Assembly (NCBI RefSeq): GCF_006345805.1
Contig: NC_043010.1
Coordinates: 58,342,001 to 58,406,000, forward strand
Origin: Octopus sinensis
Taxonomy: Eukaryota
DNA: 64,000 nt
Direction: 5' to 3'
Below are positions 24,369-38,990 of this stretch, in pieces (position 1 is the first letter of the stretch; the number at the start of each line of letters is the position of its first letter). The position numbers were made by a program, and so were the translations under genes. The notes below the pieces were generated by a model. It ran no database searches, was not told the origin of the DNA, and saw only the letters and a program-made list of their open reading frames with translations.

Positions 24369-24443
24369 ATATATATATGTATTTTATATATATATGTATT
24401 TTATATATATATGTATTTTATATATATATGTATTTTATGGTAT

Positions 24444-24780
24444 GGTGACCCCCTTCGGTCAGACACTGACCATGGGTTTGCACCTAGAGAGTTACCCTCT
24501 GAGGCACAAGTCTGGGCAAGGTTATTTTATGGAAGACCAGCAGTCGCCCATGCATACCGTCCTCCCCTCTCCACGTCACCGATGTTGTCCAAGGGAAAGG
24601 CAAGGGCCGATACAGCTTGGCACCTGTGACGTCGCAACTCATTTCTACAGCTGAGTGAACTAGAGCAACGTGAAATAAAGTGTCTTGCTCAAGAACACAA
24701 CACGCAGCCCGGTCCGGGATTCGAGCTCACAACCTCACGATCGTAAGCTCGACGCTCTAACCACTGAGCCACGGGCCTTC
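24444..24780 (-). mobile_element. tRNA-derived SINE family C, young CpG-rich copy
   Basis: Head GTGGCTCAGTGGTTAGAGCG..GCTCGAATCCC; central TTGAGCAAGACACTTTAT; possible TSD TATATGTATTTTATG (24425/24784) in a repetitive context. Confidence 0.85.
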
Positions 24781-24860
24781 ACCTATATGTATTTTATGTA
24801 TTCACCTATATGTATTTTATATATATGTATTATATATATATGTATTATATATATATATGT

Positions 24861-26042
24861 AAGCACCCACTACACTCACGGAGTGGTTGGCGTTAGGAAG
24901 GGCATCCAGCCGTAGAAACACTGCCAGATCAGACTGGGCTTGATGCAGCCTTCTGGCTTCACAGACCCCAGTTGAACCGTCCAACCCATGCTAGCATGGA
25001 AAGCGGACGCTAAACGATATGATGATGATGATGTATTATATATATACATACACACACGTGCATAAATCGTCCTAAAAGTCCATAAGTCAGGAGAAAGATG
25101 CACTTCTACACCTTTCAATAGAGTGAGTCACCATATTGCATTCCATATTGGCTATCTCTGATGAGCATAGGGTTATATAATCAGATTGTTACCTAACACT
25201 CCATATTGGACAATGAACTTTGCTTGCTTGCGAAGACCTATTGAGGCAAATGTAAACAAATCAAAATCGCTGACGTGGCCAATGGCAGAACTGCTTCATT
25301 GGCACTCATATCAGAGGGACGTTAAAAGCACCATCCGAGCGTGACTGTTGCCAGGGCCACGGATCGGCTCCCATGCCGGTAACACATGAAAAGCACCATT
25401 TGAGCGTGATTATTGCCAGCATCGCTTTACCGGCACATGCAAAACAACTTTCAAGCGAGGTCATTGCCAGTGCTACTAGACTGGCTCCTGTGTAGGTAGC
25501 ATCTAAAAACACCTTTTGAATGTGGTCGTTGCCAGTACCACCTGACTGTCCCTCATGCCTGTGACACGTAAAAGCACCCACTACACTCTTGGAATGGTTG
25601 GCGTTAGAAAGGGCATCCAGCTGTAGAAACTTTGCTAGATCAGATTGAGCCTGGTGCAGCCTCTGGCTCACCAGTCCTCAGTCAAACCATCCAACCCATG
25701 CCAGCATGGAAAGTGGACGTAAAACAATGATGATGATGATGTACCCCTAGTGCAAAACCGATTGGTAAGATCAGCCATGATGGATATATAATACTGTAAA
25801 TTTCGGATATGTTTATATTCAAATGTGAATGATGCTAGTGCCGCCTGACTGGCTCCTGTGCTGATGGCACATAAAATGCACTCACTACACTCTCAGAGTG
25901 GTTGGTATTAGGAAGGGCATCTAGCTGTAGAAACATTGATAGATCAGATTGGAACCTGGTGCAGCTGCTGGCTTTCCAGACCTCAGTCAAACAGTCTAAA
26001 CCATGCCAGCATGTAAAACGGATGTTAAATGATGATGATGAT
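24861..26042 (+). mobile_element. Three RTE 3'UTR fragments (24861-25032, 25215-25742, 25830-26042)
   Basis: Each carries GAGTGGTTGGCGTTAGGAAGGGCATCCAG-like motif and a (GAT)n tail. Confidence 0.85.
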
Positions 26043-26819
26043 ATATATATATAAGAAAAAATGGAATTAAAAAATTCTATCGGTTTTATAAGGTGAGATC
26101 TAAAATAAAGATATGATTTTCTTTGTATGTATTTTTTTGTTTTTCTTTCTTCCACTTCCTTCTTAAGGACAAGATGTGCTTTTGCCTGTCTCTTCTCAAA
26201 GCTCGTTTCCCCAGCATTCACCACTTCACCTCACTATGGCTTACTCTTTGTTTTTACTGTTTTGTTCTCACTGTCCTGTTTTTGTCACCATTCTAACCGT
26301 CTGCAATCCCAAATTTTTTAAAATTTGCTTTGCAGGAACGACTGTTTTAATGAAGTCGCGTATTGTCCCTACATTCGAAACTCAGAGTAGATAAAACAGG
26401 GGACAACTGATGAAGGGAATGTTCTTTGTGTTTCCTGTCTTGTTTCTCTATTTGTTTCTTTTGTTATTTGAAAAAAAAAGTTTGTTTTCCATGTTTTTGT
26501 TTTTTATGTTCCCGTTTCTCATTTTTTTCATGTTTTTTTTGACGTCCTGTACCTATATATACATGTATATATATGTAGGTATGTACATGCATGTATATAT
26601 GCATATTTATATATTTTATAATTTATATTATTATCATATATATATATATATATACTTATATAGTATACACAACAGAGTATTAATCAAAAGGACTAAAATA
26701 AACTTAAACATTTGCAGCCTAGCTGTGAGAAAAATACAAGAAAGTAAACATGTCTTTTATGGTTTTGGTGTATGGAAGACAGAGAGGGAAACTTGAAGGT
26801 GGTCCATTCCATGGTTTGT

Positions 26820-28245
26820 TGACCAGTACTGAGTGAAAATGTACCCAGTATACACTGTAAAGTGGTTGGCATTAGGAAAGGCATCCAGCCATTGAAACCA
26901 TGCCAAAATAGGCACTGGAACACAATGCAGTATTTGGAATCAGTGGATTTTATGTGCCGAGAGAAAAATCAGGCATAAAATGAATCAAATGCAGAGTGCA
27001 AGACTGAAAAGTGGACTGGTTTGGTCATGTGATGCACATTGATGGGGGACAGCTGCATGAAGAGGAGCCGGATGCTTAAATTGGATGGTAGTTGTGGAAG
27101 AGTGAGAAAGAAGAAGACATAGGATGAAGTGGTGAAAGCCAGTCTGAAGGGGCTGAGATTCACAGAGGAGACGACAAAGGATTGAGATGAGTGAGGATTC
27201 GTAGTACTTTAGAAGACCCATTTATCACAGCAAGGCCGAGGGCCTAATACCAGTTTTGGTTATGATTGTAACTGACAGACCTACCCCTTTAAACATTCCT
27301 CACATCTCACCCCTCCAGTCCCCTTCCTCTAACCTCAACCTTCCATCACTCCTCTGTCTATGGCACTACTCAGCTATTGTAATCGTTTGGCAGCAGAACT
27401 GACACAAATTACTTCCCCTACATTTTGCTCTAACAGTTCCCTTCTGCCCCCCCCCCCCACAACAACTTTCAGCCCTCTTTATCATCATCATCCCTTCCAG
27501 CATTGTTTCCACCAATCTCCTCCTTTCTTTTCCTCCAGTTATCTTTCCCTCTTCTCTGCAATACTTCACCTTGACACCTCTCATATCCTACTCTCTGTTC
27601 CCCATTGCTCCTACACCTTGTCCATCATCCCATTGCTTTCCAATCTGTCTACCTTCATGAAATACTTATATATCTTTCACCCCCCCCCCCTTCAAATTGA
27701 TATCTCCTATCAGCTGCACTTCTACCCTTGTTCATCACCCACTACCCCCATCTATTACTTTCCCCTCTCAAACCCTTATGAAACTACTCGCTCTCCTCCT
27801 GACCCATGCCTCTGCTCCTCTTCTTGTACCTCAAGAGTTTGCTTTGGCACCCCACTTTATCCTCTTTCCAACTACTTCTATCCACCCTTATATAGTATCG
27901 GGAAACCATGCATTTCTATAGCAAAACGCCTATGCTTGTCCTTCTATCATATTTGAACCTTTCACTACCTGGTATAAAGCTGCCCTCTCCATCTTACTGA
28001 AGGGTGCTTTCTCCTGTTCTTTTCCTGGCTTACAGGTTACTTGGCAACACTACCAGTACTGGTGGCATAAAGAAAGTACCCACAACATTCTGTACAATGG
28101 CTTGCATTGGGAAGAGCATCCAGCCATGAACCCCACACCAAAACTGACACTAGAGCTCAGTACAGACCTTCAACTCACCAGGTCTTATCAAACTGTCCAA
28201 CCTATGCCAGCATGGAAAATGAACTCTAAGAGATGATGGTGATGA
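26820..28245 (+). mobile_element. Old RTE subfamily pieces: ORF end, long pyrimidine-rich segment, terminal motif
   Basis: Decayed GSCGRVRKKKT.DEVVK at ~27085; UTR end at 28020-28245; similar layout at ~46700-47730. Confidence 0.55.
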
Positions 28246-29029
28246 AGGCAATATAATGTGCATATCTGTATATGTATGTATGTATGCTTGCATATATGTG
28301 TATGTATCTGTATATGAAGGGATATAGTCATGTGACTATCCTCCACCCATCAAATCCTATTCAAAACATTTACTAATTTGAGCCATGAATTCCCTATAGA
28401 AATATGGCAAGCTTCAAACACAAGTCAGAAGCAAGACGACTGCAACATAAGCCATGTCTTTCTATTTGAACTGTTTGACAATCAGTGTAAATTGTGAAAC
28501 CGGTTAAAGCATTAAATATTATAATAATAAAAAATATTTTAATTATTCTCAGTGCATTTTCAACTATTTTTCCTATATATATCTAAAACATATTTCACAC
28601 AAAGATGTGATGTTGGGAATTTTACAAAAAGAAAAATAAGGAAAAAACAAGCAAATAATAAAATATGAAATTAAAAGCATGAATTAAAAACATTTGTAAT
28701 AATTATTAATAGAAGCATAAGGCCTTAAATAAGTTGGTATGTGTGTACATAAGTAAAGGAATGAAATTTGCTTAAGGGGTGCGACCCAGGACCAACTCGG
28801 GATTTTCAAAGTGTTTTCATTCCCCACCCCTACTAAATTTTAAAGGGTATACTTGTCCCCACTACATCCCTGTGTGCATGGCAAGGAGAATATGGTTCAT
28901 TAAAATCTACCCTTGCACCTATTTGCAAGAATGACAAGTATGGTTTGAACTTAGAACACAAAGGCGTATGTCAAAGTACCACCAAGGTATACAACCGATT
29001 CTCCTAGTCCTGTGTTCTGTTAAATAATA

Positions 29030-29700
29030 ATAATAGTTTCAGATTTTGGTATAAGACCAGCAATATTGGAGGAGGGGGTAAGTTGATTACATCAACCCCA
29101 GTGCTCAACTGGTACTTATTTTATTAAAGGATGAAGGGCAATGTCAGCGTAGACAGAATTTGAACTCAGATCATAAAGATGAGGCAAATGCTGATAAGCA
29201 TTTTGCCCAATGTGTTAACAATTCTGACAGCTTGCCACCCCCGAAAAATAGTAATAATAATGATAATAATCCTTTGTACTATAGGCACAAAGCCTGAACT
29301 TTGGGGGAGGGTGATAGTTGATTACATCGACCCCAAAAGGATGAAAGGCAAAACTGACCTCAGCAGAATTTGAACTCAGAATGTAGCAATGGACAAAATA
29401 CTGCTAAGTATTTCATCCAGCGTGCTAACGATTCTGCCAGCTCGACACCTTTATAACAAACAACAACAATAATAATAATAATAATTCTTTCAAATTTTGG
29501 CACAAAGCTAGCAATTTTAGGGGAAAGGGGCAAGTTATTTACATGAATCCCAGCGTTGGTAAGAAATTGATTTATTGACTCTGAAAGGATAAGAGGTGAA
29601 GCTGACTTTGGCGGGATTTGAACTCAGAACATAAAGAGGCAGAAAGATAGGCTGTTAAGCATTTTGTCTGAGATTAAGGATTCTGCTAATCCACTTATCT
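29030..29700 (-). mobile_element. Three head-to-tail SINE family B copies
   Basis: Units start at ~29030, ~29265 and ~29470, each after an (AAT)n tract. Confidence 0.85.
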
Positions 29701-30299
29701 GTCAATGATGATAATAATGATGATGATGGTGATGACTTATTTTCTTTGCCACTGGGGCATCTGATGAGAGAAGCTTTACAGGGATAGTTTCTAATTTGGA
29801 GTGGGTGGGGGATTCACCTAGAATGATGAAGAGAAGAAAAAGAGAGGAGTGGGGCAAGATAAAAATTATGCAAAATATGTGAATCCATTTATGGGTACTG
29901 TCTTCCTGGTGCTGGAGAGATTCTAACAAGGTCCAAGCAAAGAATCTCACAGGCATAAGGACACCCTCACGATTGGGGGCATAAGCCCTCACTTGCCCAA
30001 TTGCTGTTCCCCAATCTCTAAGCACATGCTTAGTGTAATTCCATTCACCCCTAACCATTTTTGCCAACCTCCCATCTTTCGATAAATTCACTGGGGTGGG
30101 GAGGGTACTTCTCCACTCACACTCACTTTCTTTTCCAAGTGGTACTTGGAAGATCTGATGAGGGCTTCACTGAAGAGGAAGGTATCTCTCCTCAATCCTT
30201 TAATGATTTCTTAGGAGGAAGGAACTTTTGATGTAATTGATCCCCCAGTACATGACTGGTACATGATTTTTATCTGCCCTGAGAGTAAGAAAAGAAAAT

Positions 30300-30960
30300 A
30301 GTTGCCAGTGGTGTTGTAGCTGTGGTGGTAGTTGTGTTGTTGGTAATAGTAGTACTACTGTTGGTTATGGTGGTGGTGATGATAATGGTGGCGGTGGTGG
30401 TCATGATGATTGTCACGATGATGGTGATTGTGGTGGTGGTGGTGGTGTTTGTTGGGATGATTGGGGTTAACGGTATTGGTAGCAGTGGTGTTAGTAGTGA
30501 AGATGTTGCTTATGTTGATGATAGATATGGTTGTAGTTGTAGTGCTGTTAGCAGTGGTAGGGAAGTTGGTACTGGCAGTGGCAGCGATGGTGGTATTAGC
30601 AGTGGTAGCATTGGAGTTAGCAGAAGTGGTCATGGTGTTGCTAATGGTCTTAGTGGAACCATTAGTGTGGTGGTAGTGGTGTCTTTTGTAGTATTGGCTG
30701 TGGTAGTTGTGTTGACAGTGAGGTGGTAGCTTGTGTTGGAAACAAAGATGGTAGTGTTACTGAAGAGATAGCAACGGCTGTAGTGTTGGCAGTGGTATCA
30801 TCAATGTGGTAGTGTTGTAGTAGTGCTGTGATAGCAGTTTTGGTTATAGTTGTGGTGTTTGGCTAAAGAAGTAGTGGGTATTTTTGCTAGTGGCGACTGT
30901 ATAGGTATTGTTGGTGGTGCTTTAGTATTGTTAGTTAAGGTGGTTGTAGGTGGTGGTGGA
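30300..30960. repeat. (GGT/GTA/GCA)n low-complexity tract
   Basis: Degenerate triplets; poly-V ORF. Confidence 0.85.
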
Positions 30961-31074
30961 TGTATGGTTCAGGGGAGGGTGGGGTGACAGCTGTCTTTCT
31001 CTTTTGTGCTTTAAGGTTTAGAATAGTTATTGCTATTGGTGTTGTTGTTGTTGTTGTGGTGAGTGACTTTCAAG

Positions 31075-31713
31075 AAAAGATAGATGTATAGACAAATAGA
31101 TAGATAGATAGAGACAGACAGACGAAACAGACACAAAGCTAGGTAGATAGATAGACAGACAGATAGACTCATAGATAGACAGACAGATAGATAGACAAAT
31201 AGATAGACAGATAGACACATAGATAGACAGACAGACACATAGATAGACAGACAGATAGACACAGATAGACAGACAGATAGATAGGCACATAGATAGATAG
31301 ACAGATACATAGATAGATAGACAGATAGATAGATAGATAGACAGACAGGTAGATAGACATACATAGATAGACAGACAGATAGATAAATGTGTGTGCATTG
31401 AGAGAAATAGGGAGAGAAAGACAGAGAGAAGTCATAAAGAGAGTGACTTTCAAGAAAAGTCACTAACACATTGTTAAGGTGACAGACAAGCACACACTAA
31501 CACACACACACACACACACACACATATTGGTAGATAGATATATGATTGTGTGAGCATTAGTGTATGACATGATTGTATTTGTGAAGTATAACAGCCTGAT
31601 CTAGCAAGGATGGTAGGCCAACAATTGGATATATATGTATATGTACATTTGTGTGTGTATGTAATTTATAGACAGGTAGAATGACAGATAGACAAACAGG
31701 AACAGATTGACAG

Positions 31714-31757
<44 letters not shown>

Positions 31758-32262
31758 ATACATTTACATGTATATATTTTGTGTGTGTCCATATATATAT
31801 ATTTATGTAGATAGATAGATAGATAGACTGATGGACAAATAGACAGACAGACTGACAGCTGGTGAGATAGATAGATAGATTGGTAGTTAAACAGACATAC
31901 AGATAGACAGACATGGATGGATAGATAGATAGAGATAGACTGTTGGACAAATACACAGACAAAAAGAAATAGACAGGTTGATAGATAGACGGATAGATAG
32001 ATATGTTGATAGACAGATAGAAAGAGATGAAAAGCCGTGAGCTAGATAGACAGAGACAAAGACAGAGATGATGGGACAGAGCAAGTGAAAACACAAAGAA
32101 AGTGTTATGAGAGAGAGAGAGAGAGACAGAGAGAATAAGAGATAGACAGATGGATAAAGAGAAGAAAGACAGATAGACAGAAGTTAGGAGCTGACAAAGA
32201 GATATACCAACAGGCAAATTGTATAGCTTATGCATGTATATATATAGCTTTTTAAATGAATG

Positions 32263-32320
<58 letters not shown>

Positions 32321-34216
32321 ATATATATATACATATATGGTTGTATATATGTATGTATATATAATATATATATATGTATATATATATATAATATATATAT
32401 AAATATATCTATTTATTTATATATATGTGTATATATATATATACTCATGTGTGTATATTTATATATACAATAAGAAGAGAGAAGAGAAAACTCACCTTAT
32501 CTATGTCATCTTCCATGATGTGTTGTTGATGCTATACACACACACACACACATATACCACACGCATATACACACCTTTTCTCTCTCTCACTCTGTCTCTC
32601 TCTCTCTCTCTATTATCACTGATGTAACTACTACCACCACCACCTCTACTACTACTACTACTACTAGTATAGACACGGAACTACATGCCTCTACTGTTGA
32701 TTCTTTCCCTCTTTCTGTCTGGACCCGTGTGTGTATGTGTGCGTGTCTGTGTATGTATGAGTGTGTATATACATGTGTCTGTGTATATGCATGTGTGTGT
32801 CTGTGTTTGTGTATACATGTGTTTATTTGTACATGTATCTGTGAGTATAGGTGTGTGTATATCCATGTTTATGTATGTATATATATATATTTATGTATGT
32901 GTATATATATATATTTGTGTATGTGTGTGTGTATCTTTAGATATACATATGTGTATGTTTGCACATCTGTGAATGTGTGTGTCTGTAAAGTATGTATGCG
33001 TATAGGTATGTATATACATGTGCCATGTGTATGACTGTATATATGTATCAGTTATATGCATGTATGTATGTGTATCAGCTGTATACAGATACACATATAT
33101 GTGTGTGTTAATAATACATGTCTGCGTGTATACATGTGTCTACACACACACACGTGTGTATATATCTTTGTTTATATGTGCGTCAGCTGCATATACATGA
33201 ATGTAATATGTATGTATATGTGTATGTATGCACTTCAACATGTGAATATGTGTGCATATATACATGCATGCCCATGTGCTTGTATATGCATGTCTGTGAA
33301 TGTATTTGTATATTGATCTGTGGCCAGGGGAGGGGGTAGAATCAGCTGTAGTCTGTGTGTGTGTGAGAGAGGGAGAGTGTGTGTGTTTGCTTGTATTTGT
33401 GAATGTGTAGGAGCATGTCAGTGTGTAGGCCTGAATAGCATATCTGCCTGTGTGTATGCATGTATTCTGGGCTTGGATTTTCATGTCTTATGATTGTCCA
33501 TACAGATATGTATGCGCATGTGTGTCTGTGTATGTGTAGGTTTCCATATATATATATATGTCTGTGTGTGTGGATATACAATTCTGACTGTGTGTTGTGT
33601 GTATATTTTTGTGAGCGTGTAATTTGTAAGCATTTGGATGTACATGTTCTCTAACACATGCATACATGTGAGAGTTTATGTGTGTGTATACATATGCATT
33701 TGGATACACATGTACATGTGTATACGTTTGTGTGCTTGGATATACATGTGTGCTAGGATATGCTTGCATGTGTGTATATAGGTGTGTGTGTGTGTGTCAC
33801 TGTCCGACTGCGATGGCAGGAACAGTTGCCATAATCTCTGTGACTGTGTGTTCGTGTGTCTGTCTAGACAGCCAGATATCTGTGTGTGTGTGTCAGTGTG
33901 TCTGTGTGTGCGTGTGTGTGTGTGTCAGATCAGTGCATGTGAGCATGTGTGGAAGCCACAGCACAAGTATGTGTATATGTGTGTGTGTATGTGTGTATCG
34001 GCATATTGGTGAAAAATGCTGATGCATATATATTATAAATACATGTTTATGTGCATGTACTTATGCATCAAGTGCATATCTGTGTATATATATATATATG
34101 TATATATATATGTATATATACATGTATGTATATATATATGTATTTATATACGTATATATACATGTATATATATATATATATATATGTATTTATATATGTA
34201 TATATACATATGTATA

Positions 34217-34247
<31 letters not shown>

Positions 34248-34700
34248 GCAAGTACATCAATTAACATGCATATATATATGTGGAGGAGTGCATGAATGTA
34301 TTAACTGGCTGACCACATGTATGTATACATGTGTGTATACATACATGTGGTCAACCAGTTAATACACTACATCTTGCTGATTTTCCTTTCTACATGTATA
34401 CATGTGATTATACATGTATAAGGAAATGAGACATGTATGTACATATGCATACATATGTATATAGATAAATATGTGTGTATGTATGTATATATATCCACAT
34501 ATACATACATACAGACACATGTATATACATACATAAATATATCATATATATATCTGTATATGTATAAATCTATGCAAGTGTGTATGTGTACATGTATATA
34601 CCCATACATATGTGTGTGTGTATAATCAGGTATCTATACGTATGTATACATAAATGTGATGGTCACCTTCTAATGTATTATACCACTTTTCTTTCTTTTT
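31075..34700. repeat. Compound microsatellite field: (GATA/GACA)n, (TA)n, (TG)n, (GA)n
   Basis: Directly visible. Confidence 0.9.
32496..32531 (-). CDS. Candidate 36-nt microexon (HQQHIMEDDIDK), or end of a first exon (MEDDIDK)
   Basis: Consensus donor AAG|GTGAGT; TAG acceptor lacking a polypyrimidine tract; unique island within microsatellites. Confidence 0.35.
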
Positions 34701-35101
34701 TATCATTCTTTCTTTCTTCCCTTCATGCTTTCTTCTTCTCTACATGTCAGCATGTCTGTATGTGTGTATGTATACATATATATATATGTGTGTGTCTGCA
34801 AACATGTGATAGATGTGTAATTCAAAATATTACTTTCGTCCCTCCCTTTCTATATCTATCTCTCTCCCTCCCTCTTTTCTGGCACTCTCTATTTCTCTTT
34901 CTATCTCTTTATTTTCCACAGTTTCACACATACATGCACACTTACATATGGGCATTTGTACATATACATAAGATATATAGACATATACACACATGACATT
35001 ACTAATCCCGCACACAGAATATATCTAACATATGAACATATACACACATGCATATATATATCAAGATATATGTATGTATATATATATGATGATGTATATA
35101 T

Positions 35102-35305
35102 ATCATCATCATCATCGTTTTACGTCCGTTTTCCGTGCTAGCAGGGGTTGGACGGTTCGAGCGGGGTCTGGGAAGCCAGGGGCTGCACCAGGCTCCAGTC
35201 TGATCTGGCAGAGTTTCTACAGCTTGATGCCCTTCCTAACGCCAACCACTCCGCGAGTGTAGTGGGTGCTTTTTACGTGCCACCTGCACAGGTGCCAGGG
35301 GGGTC

Positions 35306-35347
<42 letters not shown>

Positions 35348-35770
35348 GTATATATACATATGGATGTATATGTGTGTCTAAGCATATATATATATCAAGG
35401 TATATATATATGTATGTATATATATATATGTGTGTATATATATATATATAAATGTGTGTATATATATGTATATATGTACGTATATGTATGTATATGTATA
35501 TATATATATAAATGTATGTGTATATATTTTTATATATGTGTATATATGTATATGTATGTGTATGTATATATATGTATATATATATGTGTGTATATATGTA
35601 TATATATGTGTATGTACACTCACGGAGTGGTTGGCGTTAGGAAGGGCATCCAGCTGTAGAAACACTGCCAGATCAGACTGGAGCCTGGCGCAGCCTTCTG
35701 GCTTCCCAGACCCCAGTTGAACTATCCAACCCATGCTAGCATGGAAAGCGGACGTTAAACGATGACGATG

Positions 35771-35772
<2 letters not shown>
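35102..35772. mobile_element. Inverted pair of RTE 3' ends (35102-35305 minus, 35615-35772 plus)
   Basis: Highly similar termini in opposite orientation around a (TA/TG)n spacer. Confidence 0.85.
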
Positions 35773-35808
<36 letters not shown>

Positions 35809-35813
35809 ATATA

Positions 35814-35849
<36 letters not shown>

Positions 35850-35920
35850 TATATATGTATATATATGTATGTATATATATGTAAATATATATGTATGTAT
35901 ATATGTATATCTATATATGT

Positions 35921-36679
35921 ATCCTTTATCCTTTAATCCTTTAAAATGTTTTAGCCCAAAGGCCGCAGCCATGCTGGGGCACCACTGCTGAATGAGCTAC
36001 ACTAACTTGTGAATCCACCTCTGATACGTGGCACTTGATCAACAAGGGAGTTCGATGCTGCTGCCCGCATCCGCGTCCCCTGTCGTGAGGTAGGTTCATC
36101 TGGGACTCCCGACAAGAAGAGATCCAGTTTAGTTTTAAAGAAACCCACATCCACACCATGTAAGTCTCTCAGGCATTTAGGGAGGATGTTAAAGAGCTGT
36201 GGTCCTCTGAAACTCAAGCTGTTGCAGTATCTGGACCTGTATTTTGATGGTGATGTTGGAATCCTTGGCACCATGCAGTGGCGCCCCGTTCTGCGCTTGG
36301 GGTAACTTTGAATGCCAAAGTTCGGGACAAGAACCTCCAGGATTTTCCAGATGTATATCACCGCATATCTCTCCCGCCTCCGCTCTAGGGAGAAGAGGTT
36401 TAATACCTTCAGTCTTTCCCAGTAGCTGATATTTTGCATTGAGACGATTTTCTTTGTGTAGCTTCTCTGAATTGCTTCGAGTTCTGCTGTTAGTTTTATA
36501 TTGTATGGTGACCACAGTTGGGAGCAGTAGTCCAAGCGGCTGAGGACGAATGTTTTCCATAGGACCATCAGTGTCTCCTTCTCTCTTGTTCTGAAAGTTC
36601 GGAGAATCCATCCAGCTAGCCGTCTGCATTTTATCAGCAGATTAGCAATATGCACTTGGAAAGATGCATCATTGCTCAT
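35921..36679 (-). mobile_element. 5'-truncated CR1-like LINE: uninterrupted ORF2 C-terminus (~225 aa) plus 3' tail
   Basis: [55 protein letters not shown]; stop at 36002; tail ends in TAAAGGA(T) repeats. Confidence 0.88.
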
Positions 36680-37600
36680 ATATGTATATATATGTATATA
36701 TATATATGTATATATATGTGTATGTATATATGTATATATATATGTATGTATATATATATGTATATATATATATGTATATATATATGTATATATATATGTA
36801 TGTATATATGTATGTATATATATATATCTGTATCTATATATGTGTATATGTATATATATGTGTATATGTATATATATATGTGCATATGTATATATATATA
36901 TGTGTATATGTATATATATATGTGTATATGTATATATATATGTGTATATGTATATATATATGTGTATATGTATATATATGTGTATATGTATATATATATG
37001 TGTATATGTATATATATATGTGTATATGTATATATATGGGCATATGTATATATATGTATATATATATGTGTATATATATATGTATGTATGTGTATATATG
37101 TATGTATGTGTATATATATATGTATGTGTATATATATATGTATGTATATATATATGTATGTGTATATGTATATATGTGTATATGTATATATATTTATATG
37201 CATGTATATGTATATATGTATGTATATGTGTATGTATATGTATATATGTATGCATGTGTGTATATGGGTGTGTGTGTATATATATGTATATGTGTCTGTA
37301 TATATATATATATATGTGTGTGTATATATATGTGTATATATATATATGTCAATATATATATGTATATATATGTGTGTGTATATATATATATATAAAATAT
37401 ATGTTTGTTTTTGTATATATGTGTGTATATATATATATTTATGTATATATATATATATGTGTGTATACATATAATTATATATCTATAGTTTATTATGAAT
37501 GTTGTGAGTTTGTGATCTTCATATGTATATATGTATCAATATATATAAGTATTATATACACACACACACACATATATATATACCTACATAAACATATGTT
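36680..37600. repeat. Long (TA/TG)n microsatellite
   Basis: Directly visible; source of the long spurious ORFs. Confidence 0.95.
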
Positions 37601-37855
37601 GGTAGATAGATAGATATGAAATTCATATTGATATATCGATATACATCATCTGTGTGTGTGTGTATGTGTATGTATATGTGTGTGTAGTCGCCAGTTAAGA
37701 TATACAGATTACAAACTTACACATATGAACACACCAACATATACACTCCTATACAATACACACATATACATACATACATATATATATGAACACACACACA
37801 ATACCAGATGGCAAGACCATATGTTCACCCCCCTATATACACCCAGACACCTCAC

Positions 37856-37950
37856 CATCTTCATCAGTTTTAGTGCAAGGAATGAGTGACGGGTGCGATG
37901 TAATGTGATTATATTCTGCATATAGCATGCGATATCCTTTTGACAGTGGA
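37856..37950 (-). CDS. Candidate 95-nt exon
   Basis: Long polypyrimidine tract ending GACAG| acceptor; donor ATG|GTGAGG; two of three frames open; CpGs retained. Confidence 0.45.
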
Positions 37951-38509
37951 CTGTCATTGGAGGGAGGGAGGAGATAACAAGGAGAAGGGGAAGTAATCAA
38001 TGCTGTTTCTATTTATTTGTCTGCTTCCCAGACATGCCTATAAACACTACAGTTGGTACAGCGCTACAGGAGATATACATGCCAGACAGCATGTATCGCT
38101 CAGCGGGTACATGTGAGAGTGTGTGCATGTGTGCGTGATTGTCTTTGATTCAGCACCATATTCTCTCAACTGATATATGCATATCAATACGTGTGTGTGT
38201 GTGTGTGTATTTGAATAAGCATTAAATGTCTATAGGTGCAGATATATGCACACAAATGTATATATATATGTTTGATACAGCACATCATGTATTCAGGTGC
38301 AGATATCTGCATATCAATGCACAAGTGTACGTCTGTGCATGCATGTGAGTTTGTGTGTGTGTGTGTGTGTGTGTTTGTCATATGTAAAGGTAAAGTGGAT
38401 TATTGAATTAGATTACATAATACCAACAGACTAAGAAAGAAATATTTTATTCAATCAGCTGACATTTGCATTTGACTAAACGACTGATGGAACCAAATTC
38501 CAGTTGGAT

Positions 38510-38587
<78 letters not shown>

Positions 38588-38588
<1 letters not shown>

Positions 38589-38990
38589 TTTCTGTTACAT
38601 GTTTCTGTCATTAGAAAGTGGCCATGCTGGAGTGCCACCTTGAAGAATTTCAATCAAACAAACTGCCATATTTTATTTTTCCAGCTTGGTACATATTCTG
38701 TCTGTCTCTATTGCCAAACCACTAAGTTAGACGGATATAAACACATTAACACTGGTTGTCAAGCAGTGGTGGTCGTGGGTAAATACACACACTCACACAC
38801 ATAAATATATATATACATATCTATATAAATATGTACAACATGCTTCTCTCAGTTTCTGTCTACGGAATCTGCCTACTAGGCTTTGGTTGGCCTCAGTCTA
38901 TAGAAGAAATCACTTGTCCAATGTGCCATGTAATGGGATTGAGCTCAGAACCATGTGGTTGGAAAGTAAGGCTCTTACCACACAGCCATA
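38588..38990 (-). mobile_element. Diverged SINE family A copy
   Basis: GGCCATGCTGGAG tail and CCACACAGCCA head motifs. Confidence 0.7.

Noticed and set aside
27360-27956. 198-aa ORF
   Set aside because: Pyrimidine-rich low-complexity tract between RTE pieces; no recognisable domain
30322-30729. Val/Gly/Ser-rich ORF
   Set aside because: Degenerate triplet repeat
36650-37613. 243-417 aa ORFs
   Set aside because: (TA/TG)n translation; only 36002-36679 is real LINE coding sequence
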